Source: Chloroflexota bacterium (GTDB taxonomy: Bacteria > Chloroflexota > UBA11872 > VXNJ01). Taken from it: DNA of 64,000 nucleotides. The notes under the pieces are model-generated. The model ran no database searches. It was not told the DNA's origin and was given only the letters and a program-made list of their open reading frames with translations. The DNA lies in assembly GCA_965261345.1 (NCBI GenBank), contig OZ253449.1, positions 2,221,826 to 2,285,825 on the forward strand, written 5' to 3'. Positions 46,426 to 56,211 of this stretch are shown here, in pieces; the stretch's first letter is position 1; every line of letters starts with the position of its first letter. The position numbers were made by a program, and so were the translations under genes.

Positions 46426-47073
46426 TTGTTTTGCCAACTGCGTTCGATGTGGATCGGCTGCCATGTCGCACCAGTTGAACCCGGCACGATTGCTAACCGG
46501 GTCCAATTCTGGGATCACTGCTTAAGGTTCAACCGGTGCGGCGGCGCTTTGTGGCAAGTTGCTGGCATTCGCCGGCTCGGCCTAATTTCGGTCACCGGAA
46601 GTTCCGGTGCGGCGAGCGGTGCCGACCGTCTGCCGCCGCCGGGCCACGGCCATCAGGCACTGCACTGTGACAATCAGACATCGTCGGTGGTGCTGAACTA
46701 CGGTGCCTGCAATTCGGTCTGGATGCTTGACGACTTCACCCCCGACAATGGTGCCACGCGTCTGGTGCCGGGAACCCACCGGCTGCTGGCGCAGCCGCGC
46801 GATCATCTGGCCGACCCGCACCCGGGCCAGATATTGGCCCTCGGCCGGGCCGGCACGGTGATCGTTTTAAATGGCATCATCTGGCACGGCGGCACCGCCA
46901 ACCGCACCAGCCGGCCGCGGCGAGCCATCCACTCTTTCTGGCTGGCGCGCCAGATAGAGCAGCAGACCGACCAGGCACACTGGATTTCGCCCGCCGCTAT
47001 CGCCGAATTGAGTCCGGCCCTGCGCTATTTGGTTCACGTATTGAACCGGCCGCCGGATCGCTGTGCAGTATAA
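46426..47073 (+). pseudogene. Truncated duplicate of the downstream PhyH-family dioxygenase gene (C-terminal ~140 codons conserved, N-terminal half replaced by unrelated sequence)
   Basis: nt ~46636-47040 are ~90% identical to 47491-47907 (PPGHGxQALHCDNQ…LVPGTHRL…WHGGT.NRTSRPRRAIH). The N-terminal part of the ORF has no PhyH similarity. Confidence 0.55.
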
Positions 47074-47907
47074 ACGACAATTACAATACTTGGGTCAGGT
47101 TGACATGGCCGCCGCCCGGCAGGCGCGCAACTTGAAGGTGGAGGGGCAGAGATGGATACGAAGACAGCGTTGGCCGAACTGGGCGTTAACGATGAGGCGT
47201 TGACGGAGGAAGAAAAAAGGGAGCTCGACGAGCGGGGCTACGTGATTTTTGAAGATCTCTTCGGCGGTGAGCAACTGGCTGCCATGCGGCAGCGATTTGA
47301 TCGGGTGCTTGCGCTTGAGGGTGGCGACGGTAGGGAAGCTAATGCCGAGGCCAATGTCGGAAGACTGGCCAATCTCGTCGAAAAGGGCTCCGAATTTGCT
47401 ACCTGTTACTCTCACCCCAAGGTTCTGGCCGCGATTTGGCACGTCATCGGCGGCGAGATGCATTTGGGCTCCCTCAATGGGCGCGCGGCGCCGCCGGGCC
47501 ACGGCAATCAAGCACTGCACTGTGACAATCAAAAATCGGCGGTGGTGCTGAACTACGGTGCCTGCAATTCGCTCTGGATGCTTGACGACTTCACCCCCGA
47601 CAACGGTGCCACGCGTCTGGTGCCGGGAACCCACCGGCTGGTGGCGCAGCCGGGCGATCATCTGGCCGACCCGCTGGCCGAGCACCCGGACCAGATATTG
47701 GCCCTCGGCCGGGCCGGGGCGGTGCTCGTTTTTAATGGCATCACCTGGCACGGCGGCACCGTCAACCGCACCAGCCGGCCGCGGCGAGCCATCCACTGTT
47801 TCTGGCTGGCGCGCCAGATTAAGCAGCAGCTGATCCAGGCTGATTGGCTCTCCCCGGCCACGATCGAAAACCTCTCACCGGCGGTCCGCTACGTCCTGCA
47901 CGTATGA
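46636..47907 (+). repeat. Tandem direct duplication (~410 bp units at 46636-47040 and 47491-47907, ~90% identity) covering the 3' two-thirds of the PhyH gene
   Basis: Direct nucleotide comparison of the two segments; they run colinear through both stop codons. Confidence 0.7.
47152..47907 (+). CDS. Phytanoyl-CoA dioxygenase (PhyH)-family Fe(II)/2-oxoglutarate-dependent oxygenase
   Basis: 251 aa. His-x-Asp…His facial triad context (ALHCDNQ … WHGGTVNRT…RR). Confidence 0.8.
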   Translation: MDTKTALAELGVNDEALTEEEKRELDERGYVIFEDLFGGEQLAAMRQRFDRVLALEGGDGREANAEANVGRLANLVEKGSEFATCYSHPKVLAAIWHVIGGEMHLGSLNGRAAPPGHGNQALHCDNQKSAVVLNYGACNSLWMLDDFTPDNGATRLVPGTHRLVAQPGDHLADPLAEHPDQILALGRAGAVLVFNGITWHGGTVNRTSRPRRAIHCFWLARQIKQQLIQADWLSPATIENLSPAVRYVLHV

Positions 47908-47938
47908 ACTTAGCGGCTTTGGCTGAACGGGCTCACGT

Positions 47939-48297
47939 TTGCGTGATCGGGGCTGGGATCGTCTCGGGGCTTCGATTGGCTACCACCTGGCCTGCGAGGA
48001 CGTAGGCGATGTTGTGGTCGTGGATCGGTCGCCACTGCCTGGTTGGGGATCGAGCGGTTGCGCGGCAGGCGGGTTCAGGCTGCAATTTACGGACCCGGCC
48101 GATATCGCCTTTTCGCGCTGGAGCGCTTGCTGCGATTTGAACGCGACACCGGAGTCAGCCCGCAGCTTCGCCAGTACGGATACGTGTTCTTGGCCCAGAG
48201 CCCGGCGCGCCTGGCTGCCCTGACGGCGATCAACGCCGCCCAGCGCGGCGCCGGCCTGACCGAAGCGGCGAGGCCGCTACGACCAGCTAAGGGTTAA
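47939..48297 (+). pseudogene. FAD-dependent oxidoreductase (DAO family) N-terminal fragment, frameshifted and truncated
   Basis: Across two frames the region reads VCVIGAGIVGASIGYHLA.EDVGDVVVVDR…GSSGCAAGGFRLQF… then …LERLLRFERDTGVSPQLRQYGYVFLA…, the first ~120 aa of a DAO-type flavoenzyme. It ends where the IS relic begins. Confidence 0.55.
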
Positions 48298-48299
48298 TC

Positions 48300-49420
48300 G
48301 CATCCGCAAATGTTATGGCCTGCGTTCGTATTGCCGCAGGCGCAAAGACCGCGGGCTGCTGCAGCCGCGCGCGATGGCCGCGCGGCTGGGGATCCCGGTT
48401 GGTTCGCTGGGATACTGGCGACGCCGAGACCGGCTGATCGGCCACGTTGCCGACGATAGAGGCATGCGGCTCTAGGAGTGGCCCGACAATACGCCGGTCC
48501 CGCCCACCCGGAAACCAAGGAAGGAAGGTCGCGACAACGACGCCGTTGTCGTCGACATGATCAGCGAGGTGCAGTGTGCAACCTGAGTTTTGGTCTGCGG
48601 CCTTCGGGCATGGATGAACTTCTGGCGCGCGCCCATGGCGGCGACCATCCTCCCGAACTGGTGGGCCCTGAACTCAAGAGCCGTCGTCGGTCATGACGGC
48701 TTCGAGCTGCCAGCCCCGGGCCGACGGATCCCTGGCCACCCTGCGCGCCGGTCTGGACGTCCAGCGGGCGGACGGATTGCGCGGGGTTAGGTGCAGCTCG
48801 GCCCAGAGGTAGGAGGAAGCAACGTCGATGGCGCTGTGCCGCCACAGGGTGCCCCCGGTGCCGGAGAGGAGGCTGATTTGGAAGCAATCAAATTGCACCA
48901 GCGCGCCGGGACGATCGACAGGTGGCGCTCGGGTTCCGGTTCGGGACGCTGCGGTCCCGGCGGGGCGGCAGAGCCGGCCACCAGCGCCAGGCGCCTGGCG
49001 CGGTCGCTGCGCCCATGGCGCTTCAGCACCCGCCGGACGCCGGCGGCCGAGACCCGTAGCCCGCCCCACTCCGCACGTTGCGGCTCGGCCGCGGGCCGGA
49101 CCGGTCCCAGGCCGGGGTTGCCGCTCGCGAACGCCACGATGCGCTGCTCGAACAAGGGTGAGATGGAGTTCGGCATCTGCGCGCGGCGGCGCTCTCGGGG
49201 GCGCAGGAGGCCGGGGCCGTAGCTATCGGCCCGGGACTTCCAGCGGTAGAAGGCGGAGTGATGTATCCCGATTACCCGGCGGGCGTCCCTGACGCTGCCG
49301 ATTCCCCTGGCCAATGCCAAAGTGCGCAGGCGGTAGCGGTATATTGCGTCTTCGGGGGTCATGCAAAGAGGCCTTTGCTGCGTTTGGTTTCACAGCAGAA
49401 TGCCTTGCGTGGCCCCTACG
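48300..49420 (-). mobile_element. Degenerate IS481-family insertion sequence (frameshifted, 3'-truncated transposase)
   Basis: Minus-strand ORFs 48787-49362 (HTH N-terminus: …IGIHHSAFYRWKSR…FEQRIVAFASGNPGLGP…) and 48674-49069 (start of the DDE integrase core: LVQFDCFQISLLSGTGGTLWRHSAIDVASSYLWAELH…MTDDGS) lie in different frames. The rest of the catalytic domain is missing. Confidence 0.55.
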
Positions 49421-49464
49421 AAATCAGGTGCTGACCTGTCGCAGGTACTCGGAAATAGGGCGGC

Positions 49465-50997
49465 CTAGGCGAGCGCCAGTTTGCGGTGCCGCCGATCGTA
49501 TGTCGAGGCCAGCTTGACCAGCAGGGCCTTTCGCATTCGGCCCAGCGCGGGGGCATGGGCCGGATCGCCGGCCAGGTTGACATGCTCGCCGGGGTCAGCC
49601 TTGCGGTCGTAGAGGATCTCGTTGCCCTCGCCGTCAATCCAGTACTTGTTTAGTTTGTCGATGAGCGTGAGCACCGAGAATCCGCCCAGCGAATCGCGGG
49701 TGGCGCCGGGAACCGCGTAGCCAATCTGCGCATTGCCGGGATCGAAGTACTCCACCAGCACACTGTCCTTGCCCGGTCCGTCGGCACTGGCGAGCTGCCC
49801 CCAAAGCGAGGCCCCGTCGACCGGCGCCGGGATCGGCAGCGAGAGGGCCTCCAGCAGGGTGGGCACGAGATCTACAGCTTCGAAGAATCCGTCAAATGTT
49901 CGCCCGCCGGGCAGGCCACCCGGCCAGCGCCAGACCATCGGTACGTGCAGGCAGGAATCGTAGTGGGCCTGGTGCTTGCCCATGGTGTAGTTGTCGCCAC
50001 AGGCGTCGCCGTGATCTGAGTAGTAGACCACGATCGTGTTGTCGAGTTGGCCGGAGCGCCGCAAATGCTCGATCACGCGCCCGCAATGGTGATCGACCAT
50101 CGTGCAGGAAGCATAGTAGTACCGTCGGAATTGGATTACCTCTTCCTCCATGCGCGGAAGCAGGCGCTCGGCGATCTGGCGCACCATCACCGGCTTGTCG
50201 TCCAATTCGCCGGGCACCACGTCGGGCCGCGGCACGCTTGCGGCCGGATAGCGATCGACATATTCGGCCGGCGGATTGCAGGGCGGGTGCGGAAGATAAA
50301 AACCGGCGATGGCGAACCACGGAGTGTCACCGGCGGCGTCGATGAACCCAATAGTCTGGTCGGCCACCCAGGCGCTGTAGGAGAGCTCCTCGGGAGCCTC
50401 GAAATCCCAATATTGCTCGCTGCGATCGCCGGTTACCGGGTGCGGCACGCCGACCTTGGCTTCCATGCCCGGGGCGACCTGACGAATCCAGCGGATGTAG
50501 TCGTCGGGGTAGCAGCCCGGCCCTTCGGCGTTAACGTGCACGTCGAAGCCGTAGCCGGGATGCGGGCGATCATAGTTGCGCGAGCTATGCGGCAGGAAGT
50601 GCAGTTTGCCCAGGTTGCCGGTCCGGTAGCCGGCATCGGAGAGGATCTGGGCAACCGTCAACTCGTCCTCTGAGAGTGCGATGCCATTGGAAGTAACGCC
50701 GTGATTGCGGGGGTAGCGACCGGTCAGCAGGGTGGCGCGCGACGGCGCGCAGACGGGATTGTTGACGTAATTGCCGGTCACGTTGACTCCCTCGGCCGCC
50801 AGGGAATCAATGGCCGGCGTCTGCACGTAGCCGTCGGAATTTACGCCCAGGCAATCGAAGCGCTGCTGGTCTGACGTGAGGAATAGGACGTTGGGGGGGC
50901 GTTCGACCATTGCGGTGCCTCCGGTTATCCGGGCAATCGGCGTTCGTTTGGCCATTATTGGAAAAATCGATTGCCAACGGGGCGGAAGACGTTGCAA
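49465..50997 (-). CDS. Sulfatase (arylsulfatase family)
   Basis: NVLFLTSDQQRFDCLG…NPVCAPSRATLLTGRYP (C-x-P-S-R formylglycine motif) and the sulfatase C-domain. The likely start is the internal MVERPP (~50910). Confidence 0.85.
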   Translation of the reverse strand: MQRLPPRWQSIFPIMAKRTPIARITGGTAMVERPPNVLFLTSDQQRFDCLGVNSDGYVQTPAIDSLAAEGVNVTGNYVNNPVCAPSRATLLTGRYPRNHGVTSNGIALSEDELTVAQILSDAGYRTGNLGKLHFLPHSSRNYDRPHPGYGFDVHVNAEGPGCYPDDYIRWIRQVAPGMEAKVGVPHPVTGDRSEQYWDFEAPEELSYSAWVADQTIGFIDAAGDTPWFAIAGFYLPHPPCNPPAEYVDRYPAASVPRPDVVPGELDDKPVMVRQIAERLLPRMEEEVIQFRRYYYASCTMVDHHCGRVIEHLRRSGQLDNTIVVYYSDHGDACGDNYTMGKHQAHYDSCLHVPMVWRWPGGLPGGRTFDGFFEAVDLVPTLLEALSLPIPAPVDGASLWGQLASADGPGKDSVLVEYFDPGNAQIGYAVPGATRDSLGGFSVLTLIDKLNKYWIDGEGNEILYDRKADPGEHVNLAGDPAHAPALGRMRKALLVKLASTYDRRHRKLALA

Positions 50998-51554
50998 ATA
51001 ACCGCAGTCGAGAGCTTTGTCTATCGCCTCCCTGGCCGATCTTTCGTCGGAGCCTTAGTCTACCCCGACGAAGGCTTGACCGGCCCGGGTGAAGCCACCC
51101 TGATGGAGCGAAGCGGCAGCGTCCGGGCCGCTTTGATGGAAATGGGCGAAATCGTGGCGGAATGGATCCCATGGCCTCGGAAAACGTCTGGTGGCGGCTT
51201 TTCTTGGGTGATCGACGGCGCAGTGGGCCGGTGACCGCATCGGCCATCGACGCCATTGACGTGGCCGTCTGGGATATCCGTGGTCAGGCCCTCGGGGTTC
51301 CCATCCATACGCTGCTTGGAGGTGCGCTGCGCGCTGCGGTGCGGATGTACAACCATGCGGTCATGCCCGAACCGGTAGCGGTGGCGGATGCCCTCGGCCC
51401 GCTGCTGGAGGAGGGTTGGACGGCGGCTAAGTTCATCGCCTCACCTTCCGACCCCACCGGCGTGCCCAACCGCGAACGGTTCGATCCGCGGGCCGCAGTC
51501 CGGCGCGGCGCGGCCGCCACGGCGGCTGCCGCCCACCACCTGATTCTGAGCTAA
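50971..51554 (+). pseudogene. Enolase-superfamily (MR/MLE-type) N-terminal gene fragment, frameshifted
   Basis: Two overlapping frames encode …ITAVESFVYRLP… and …ASAIDAIDVAVWDIRGQALGVPIHTLLGG.LR…VRMY…, which resemble the capping domain of mandelate-racemase/muconate-lactonising enzymes. No barrel domain follows. Confidence 0.5.
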
Positions 51555-51586
51555 AAACCCCGGCCTTTACCCATTCGATCGAGGTA

Positions 51587-52291
51587 TTGGACAGCCTGCC
51601 GGTTAGAGCCATGGGCAATCCAAATCTTGACCACAACATCCGTGATCTCTTGGTATCGCTTGACGATGGCAGCAAGGTAACCGCGGGGTTCCTTTCCCAC
51701 TACAACCTGACCGGCCAGCTGGAGCGCTGGGGCTTTCCAACCTCAGAGGTACTGGTACTAGAAGACGGCACCCTAACCCATTTCTATCAAAGAGGGGCAG
51801 TTGACTTCCACTACCTGGGCAGCGGCTGGATTGTGGAAAGAAGACTTGCCTGCGACTACGTCGGTGGGGCAGCAGAGGGATCCACCGACCAGGGAGTAGA
51901 AACCGATCTTCTAAATCCTCATCCCGGTACGCTCTTAGGTCCCTGGGGATACAAGGTATCCGACTTTGCCATCGATGGCACCGAGGTTGGCTTTGCCGAA
52001 TTCTTTGTTGCCCTGGGCGGAGTCTCGGTCTCCGGCTTGCCCAAGATCGATGCCAGGGAGTACGTGGATCTTCCCGGCAGACTGCATGCCCCAGGGAGAA
52101 CCTACGGCTTTATCCGCCAGTACTTCCAGGCGGCGGTGCTAGAGTTTCATCCCAATGACGAGCGAACCCCGGTAATGCTGACCCTTCTGGGCGATACCCT
52201 GCGCGGCGTTCTGGTGCCCGACTTTGCCGAGCATCCTCCGTTTAACGCTGCCATAGAGCTGGTAATCGGAGACGGGTATGCGCCCTACTAG
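51587..52291 (+). CDS. LGFP-repeat protein (paralogous to the C-terminal domain of the 7269-9704 protein; no signal peptide, possibly a gene remnant)
   Basis: NPNLDHNIRDL…ERWGFPTSEVLVLEDGTLTHFYQRGAVDFH…YGFIRQYFQAAVLEF…TLLGDTLRGVLVP aligns residue-for-residue with residues ~600-800 of the large surface protein. Confidence 0.6.
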   Translation: MDSLPVRAMGNPNLDHNIRDLLVSLDDGSKVTAGFLSHYNLTGQLERWGFPTSEVLVLEDGTLTHFYQRGAVDFHYLGSGWIVERRLACDYVGGAAEGSTDQGVETDLLNPHPGTLLGPWGYKVSDFAIDGTEVGFAEFFVALGGVSVSGLPKIDAREYVDLPGRLHAPGRTYGFIRQYFQAAVLEFHPNDERTPVMLTLLGDTLRGVLVPDFAEHPPFNAAIELVIGDGYAPY

Positions 52292-52369
52292 GTGCCGAGG
52301 GCGGCACCGGATGGTCGACTTGCGCCGTTGACTGCTGTCAATATCGAAAAACCTGCAACATGAAGACGA

Positions 52370-53164
52370 TCACGCCGGGTTAATTCGACCGGTCAACAGG
52401 CCGAGCATCGCATCAAATCCCGCCAGTTGCATGCGGATTCGAGTTTCCAGCTCAATGACCCCCGGCGTTTCGAGCGTTACGCCTCGATCGGAGAGATTGG
52501 TCATTACGTAAAAGGGCAACGGCCAGTTCTCCCGATCGCGCATGTATTCGGCAATTTCTTCGGGAGTTTCCTCGTCTTCGTCGTCATCGGACCGGTGGAC
52601 GACGCCGCGATCGACCGGCATCTCATCGACTTCTGGCTTGGAAAATATGGGCCCTTCGCGTGCAACCGCCGCGACCAGGACATCCGACCAGGCATTGGGC
52701 ATGCTTGTGAAACAGTAAAAGCCGTCTTCAACCGGATCCTCATGGGCGTCGATCCAAAGATCAAGGCGCTCCTGCCCAATCATTTCCAGGCCCAAGCGAG
52801 ATTCGGGGCTGTCGCCCAGTTTGAATGTTCGGTTCACATCCTGGCCATCTACGTTCTCGCGGGTGCCAAGGTCAAAACCGGTCGGGTTTACGCAGGGCAA
52901 GACCTTGAATCGAATCTCAGGCCAGTTACGCCAACGCTGCTCCTCTAAAAATTGCAGGACAGCGTGCACGGGCGCCGGTTCATCACCATGCGTTCCGGAA
53001 TATAAGCCCACCAAGTACCGGGGGTCGTTGCCGGGCCGCAGCTCCAACCGAATCAAATCAAGCTGGCGTTCAGGCAATCGATGACGATGGATCGTTAGCC
53101 CGGGCGTTCCTTCCAACGCCTCGTAACGGGCCAGCAGGGCGGCGTAATTAGTAACTCTGGGCAT
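52370..53164 (-). CDS. Succinylglutamate desuccinylase/aspartoacylase (AstE/AspA, M14-like zinc hydrolase) family protein
   Basis: GTHGDEPAP zinc-binding motif, LPCVNPTGF, NRTF, and an acidic C-terminal region. Paralog of 54696-55466. Confidence 0.8.
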   Translation of the reverse strand: MPRVTNYAALLARYEALEGTPGLTIHRHRLPERQLDLIRLELRPGNDPRYLVGLYSGTHGDEPAPVHAVLQFLEEQRWRNWPEIRFKVLPCVNPTGFDLGTRENVDGQDVNRTFKLGDSPESRLGLEMIGQERLDLWIDAHEDPVEDGFYCFTSMPNAWSDVLVAAVAREGPIFSKPEVDEMPVDRGVVHRSDDDEDEETPEEIAEYMRDRENWPLPFYVMTNLSDRGVTLETPGVIELETRIRMQLAGFDAMLGLLTGRINPA

Positions 53165-53390
53165 GAAATATTTGGCTGATCAAACTTTGGCGCTCGATTA
53201 TCGAAAGGAGTTGGCGCGAAATACGGGTCGGAATGGATGCGTGCGACGTGGCAGGTTCAAACGCGCCCGGCACCCCAATGGACATAGAATTCGGCCGGGA
53301 AATGGTTTGGTCACCGGCAAACGCCAATTGCCAACCCAACCCAGGCTGTGAGCTGGTTATCCGAAGAGGCCAAGATTGCTTCTGCGGTCG

Positions 53391-54497
53391 TCAAACCGCC
53401 CACTTGGCAACGGCACCGGGATCGAGTTCCAACCCCAACCCGGGTTTGTCGTGAAACGGGGACCACTGCCCGTTTTTTTGTTGAGGAAACTCGGTGTACC
53501 AAATCCGATCGACGGTCAAATTGGTGTTCATGTATTCGACTACTTTTAGGTTTGGGGCAGCACAGCATACGTGCAGGTGAACCAGCTGGACCGAGTGCGG
53601 CGCGACCGGTAAGTTGGCTGCGTGGGCCAAGTGTGAAATCTTGAGCCATTCCGTAATGCCGCCGCAGCGGCCCACATCCGGTTGACAGATGTCGGCCCCG
53701 CCGGCGGCGATCAACTCGGCAAACCCAAATTTGGTGTATTCGTGCTCACCCGTAGCAACCGGGATATTGACTGCTTCGCGGACCCGAGCAAGCCCGCGGA
53801 TATCGTCGGCGATGAGCGGCTCTTCGTACCAGCCCACGTTGAACTCTTCAAACTCCTTGGCCATGTAGATCGCCTGTTTGGCGTAATACCCGTTGTTGGC
53901 GTCTATATATATTTCGACGTCATCGCCGACCGCCGAACGCACCGCCGCCAGGCGGGCAATGTCTTCACGTTCGGACTGTCCAAAATCCTTGCCCACCTTC
54001 ATCTTGAGGCGGGGAATGCCCTGGTCGACATAATCGACCATTTCGGCAATCAGTTCCTTTTCGGTGAAATTGGTCCAGCCGCCACTCCCGTAGATCGGAA
54101 GAGATTCCTGGTAGGGACCAAGCAGCTTGAAGAGCGGCAATCCTAGCGCCTTGGCTTTTAGATCCCAAAGCCCAATATCAACCGCCGATATCGCGCAGAT
54201 CGCCACGCCCTTTCGACCGTATCCGCGAACATGCCAGAACATGTCGTTCCAGAGTTGCTCGATGTTGAATGGATCCTTGCCGATGAGCAGCTTGCGAAAT
54301 CCTTCATCGATCGCCTGGCGAACACCCGGATAGGCGAGCCCGATCCCCAGGCCTTCCACGCCCCCGTCGGTATGGATGTGCACGAACACCTGCCCGCGTC
54401 CGCCGGCCCATTTCGGCGGGTCGGGGATAGTGGCATCCTGGATTGGGCGAGCGTGTGGATAAAAGAGCTGGGTGGTGGTTACATCGGTAATTTGCAC
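53391..54497 (-). CDS. Mandelate racemase/muconate lactonising enzyme-family protein (enolase superfamily)
   Basis: Capping domain (…AISAVDIGLWDLKAKALGLPLFKLLGP…) and barrel metal ligands (KVG…IDANNGY…EEP…ATGE). 368 aa. Confidence 0.85.
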   Translation of the reverse strand: MQITDVTTTQLFYPHARPIQDATIPDPPKWAGGRGQVFVHIHTDGGVEGLGIGLAYPGVRQAIDEGFRKLLIGKDPFNIEQLWNDMFWHVRGYGRKGVAICAISAVDIGLWDLKAKALGLPLFKLLGPYQESLPIYGSGGWTNFTEKELIAEMVDYVDQGIPRLKMKVGKDFGQSEREDIARLAAVRSAVGDDVEIYIDANNGYYAKQAIYMAKEFEEFNVGWYEEPLIADDIRGLARVREAVNIPVATGEHEYTKFGFAELIAAGGADICQPDVGRCGGITEWLKISHLAHAANLPVAPHSVQLVHLHVCCAAPNLKVVEYMNTNLTVDRIWYTEFPQQKNGQWSPFHDKPGLGLELDPGAVAKWAV

Positions 54498-54695
54498 GGT
54501 GGCTGATCCGGCCCTAGCAGCGAAATGAAATGCGCCCCAATTTCAACATCAAAAGCGATTGCTCGGGCCCGCCCGCAGCGTTTCTACGGAGAAGGGCCGC
54601 TACAAAACTCCCGGACGTTAAGACAGAGGAACCGCCACTTGCGCAATACACAAATTAATCGTGGGCACCGAATCGTGGGAGCGTTGGCCGGCGCC

Positions 54696-55466
54696 TTAGT
54701 TACCGCTGACCAGATTCAATAGCTCCGTGTAGGCTGCCAGCTGCATATTGACTCGCGTGTCCAGGTCAATTACCCCGGGGGTTTCCAGGGTTACCGATCG
54801 CGGGCTTATCTGGGCCTCAACGTGAGTTGACAAGCCCCATTGGTCTGTTTCCCGGCTTCGTTGCTGGCGCGCTAGGCGGCGCGCCCGATTCAGCGCCACG
54901 ATGCCGTTTTCAACTTTCATCTCGTCAACTTCCTCACGCGGGTAGATCGGGCCCTCCCTGGCGACCGCGGCAACCAACCGCGGATCCCAGGCCGATGGAA
55001 GTCGCGAGAAACAGTAAAACCCGTCTTCAACCGGGTCTTCGTGGGCGTCGATCCAAAGATCGGTGGGTTCTACTCCGATCAGCACTAAGGCGGCCAGAGC
55101 TTCGGGGCTATTGCCCAACTTGAATGTGCGATTTACGTCCTGGCCCTTAGCGTTTTCACGCGTGCCAAGGTCGAAACCGGTCGGGTTGACGCAGGGCAAC
55201 ACCCGCATTTCCAGATTGGGCCAGGCCCGCCAACGCTCTTCTTCGAGGAATTGCAACGTCGCATGAACCGGGGCCGGCTCATCGCCGTGGCTGCCGGCGC
55301 TCAGGCCTACCGTGTGCTTGATCGGGCCCTGGGAGACCAGCGTTAGCCCAACCAACTCGATTGACCGGTCGGGCATTCGAAATCTCGAGATCGTCACCCC
55401 CGGCAGCGTTGCCAGGCGTTCATAGCGAGCCAAGAGTTGGGCGTATTTGACCGGTCGCGCCATCAA
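54696..55466 (-). CDS. Succinylglutamate desuccinylase/aspartoacylase (AstE/AspA) family protein, paralog
   Basis: GSHGDEPAP, LPCVNPTGFDLGTRENAKGQDVNRTFKLG. ~60% identical to the 52370-53164 product over the catalytic region. Confidence 0.8.
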   Translation of the reverse strand: MMARPVKYAQLLARYERLATLPGVTISRFRMPDRSIELVGLTLVSQGPIKHTVGLSAGSHGDEPAPVHATLQFLEEERWRAWPNLEMRVLPCVNPTGFDLGTRENAKGQDVNRTFKLGNSPEALAALVLIGVEPTDLWIDAHEDPVEDGFYCFSRLPSAWDPRLVAAVAREGPIYPREEVDEMKVENGIVALNRARRLARQQRSRETDQWGLSTHVEAQISPRSVTLETPGVIDLDTRVNMQLAAYTELLNLVSGN

Positions 55467-56211
55467 GATCCTTTTTCGCGGGCCGATTGACGGGTAGATT
55501 ATCCGTGTACGGGAATCGAGCGCGCTCGGTCAAATTACCGCGTCGGCGATCTGAACGGATGGGCTGGGCCGGTCACATTGACGTGCATCCTGCTCTTTTT
55601 ACCGGAATTCCATTGCTCGAACGCGGTGCCGACCGGGAATGGGGACCGGATCCCGAATACGTGGCCTACAGGCAGGACGCGAGCGTACTAATTCCTTGGC
55701 CCGGCCGCAGATCAAGGTCAAGCTGGCGGCAGGTAGCTTTGCGTATTTAGTGCGCGTTGACCGCCACCGCAATATGTTTTGGGATACCAGCAGGATAAAT
55801 CACCCAAGACAGCGAGCCTCTTAACGGAATCGCGCCCACGCGCGGGTCCAGACCGCCGAGGCCAGCGACGGCGCTGTCCAACGGGCCAGCAGGCGGGCTA
55901 GGGCGACCGGAGTCGGGACAGAAGCGGAAATTTCCGCGCATGCGTGCGACGGCCGGCATTTGCACTAAATGGCTTCGGGTTGGCGGGGCCATCTGCGAGC
56001 CGGTAAATATCATAGGCGGTCGTTGTCAGTGACAAAATAATTTTTCCAACCCCGAACGCCGCAGCTGGGAATTTCCGGTCCCGGTTGCCCGGCCGGCGTC
56101 GCATCCTGATGACCTGGAATCAGGCCGGCGCGGCAGCATGAATTTCTTGCTGCTGCAAGCGGTCGAAATCGACTCCGGAACCTGAGCGCCGATCGGGCGT
56201 CGCGGTGGGTG

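Noticed and set aside
47095-47796. 233-aa minus-strand ORF spanning the PhyH gene
   Set aside because: Antisense to the PhyH-family gene, whose conserved motifs are all on the plus strand.
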